Source: Bdellovibrionales bacterium (GTDB lineage Bacteria > Bdellovibrionota > Bdellovibrionia > Bdellovibrionales > JAGQZY01). Taken from it: DNA of 64,000 nt. The translations under genes were made by a program, and so were the position numbers. Below the pieces are notes generated by a model, which worked only from the letters and a program-made list of their open reading frames with translations, did no database searches and was not told where the DNA came from. The stretch spans positions 325-64,324 of the forward strand of contig JANOYW010000025.1 in assembly GCA_031429075.1 (NCBI GenBank). The letters run 5' to 3'. Numbering within the stretch: the stretch's first letter is position 1; every line of letters begins with the position of its first letter. This document shows, one piece after another, positions 63,785 to 64,000 of this stretch.

Positions 63785-64000
63785 GGGGGCGTACTGGCTT
63801 CGACGTTGGTTGTGCAGCTTAAGGAGCATACCGGGGACGCATGAGGACCTCGTTAAAAACGTGCAATTGTTATTTGGCGATCAATTCGCTTTTGCAGCTT
63901 AATTAAAAGCTGTTGCTGACCACGTAGCCTGCTAGCGGCGATGTGCGAAGTATAACTCAAAGCTAGCTCGACTCTTAAGTGTTGTTGCGAGCTTAAGAGT
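63785..64000 (+). ncRNA. ssrA: tmRNA (SsrA), 5' two-thirds; truncated by the window edge
   Basis: Starts GGGGGCGTACTGGCTTCGACG, a typical tmRNA 5' acceptor/D-like region. An internal reading frame ...GGC GAT CAA TTC GCT TTT GCA GCT TAA (63876-63902) encodes a ...GDQFAFAA tag ending. Confidence 0.85.

Noticed and set aside
1-64000. Screen for CRISPR arrays, transposases, integrases, prophage genes, rRNA operons and known defence-system hallmarks.
   Set aside because: I saw no arrays of regularly spaced 25-40 bp repeats. I also saw no DDE or tyrosine/serine recombinase motifs and no phage structural genes in any of the supplied translations. tRNA-Leu and ssrA are potential integration sites, but nothing island-like flanks them within the window.

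Overview
This is a gene-dense bacterial chromosomal window with no rRNA genes, CRISPR arrays, transposases or integrases that I can recognise. All calls come from reading the supplied translations and the DNA by eye; no database search was run, so family names are motif-level recognitions.

Main blocks:
- 1-8 kb: ddl, then a minus-strand methylthioadenosine-recycling cluster (mtnP, mtnA, a class II aldolase, plus a TIGR01212-type radical SAM gene), and an ECF sigma module.
- 9-18 kb: mostly exported hypothetical proteins, including an AT-rich three-gene block.
- 18.3-20.8 kb: tRNA-Leu(UAG) and a folD-gcvT-gcvH operon.
- 21.7-32 kb: an atypical Flp/Tad-like pilus locus. It has an Flp prepilin, three TadE/Flp-like ORFs, an RcpC-like protein, a CpaC secretin and a short CpaF ATPase. 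It is interrupted by an antisense low-complexity exported protein and a soluble REC-histidine kinase. It is followed by a small protein behind a sigma-28-type promoter and a lone PilB/GspE ATPase.
- 32-36 kb: aspS and an RpoH-like sigma factor with a lysine-rich N-terminal tail.
- 37-48.5 kb: a long minus-strand flagellar export operon (fliL-M-N-O-P-Q-R, flhB-A-F-G, fliA and a coupled membrane protein). It sits behind a near-consensus sigma-54 promoter, and its FliO is unusually long.
- 48.7-64 kb: housekeeping and accessory genes (SPOR protein, UvrD/PcrA helicase, CapA, AzlCD, ABC-F, SDR, GloA), ending in a truncated tmRNA.

The gene content (polar-flagellum flhF/flhG, Tad-like locus, many exported unknowns) resembles Bdellovibrio-like predatory bacteria. 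That is an inference only. The most interesting candidates are the atypical Tad-like locus with its embedded unknowns, two sigma-28-type promoters in front of uncharacterised small genes, the FliO fusion, and several short tandem repeats that overlap start or stop codons.
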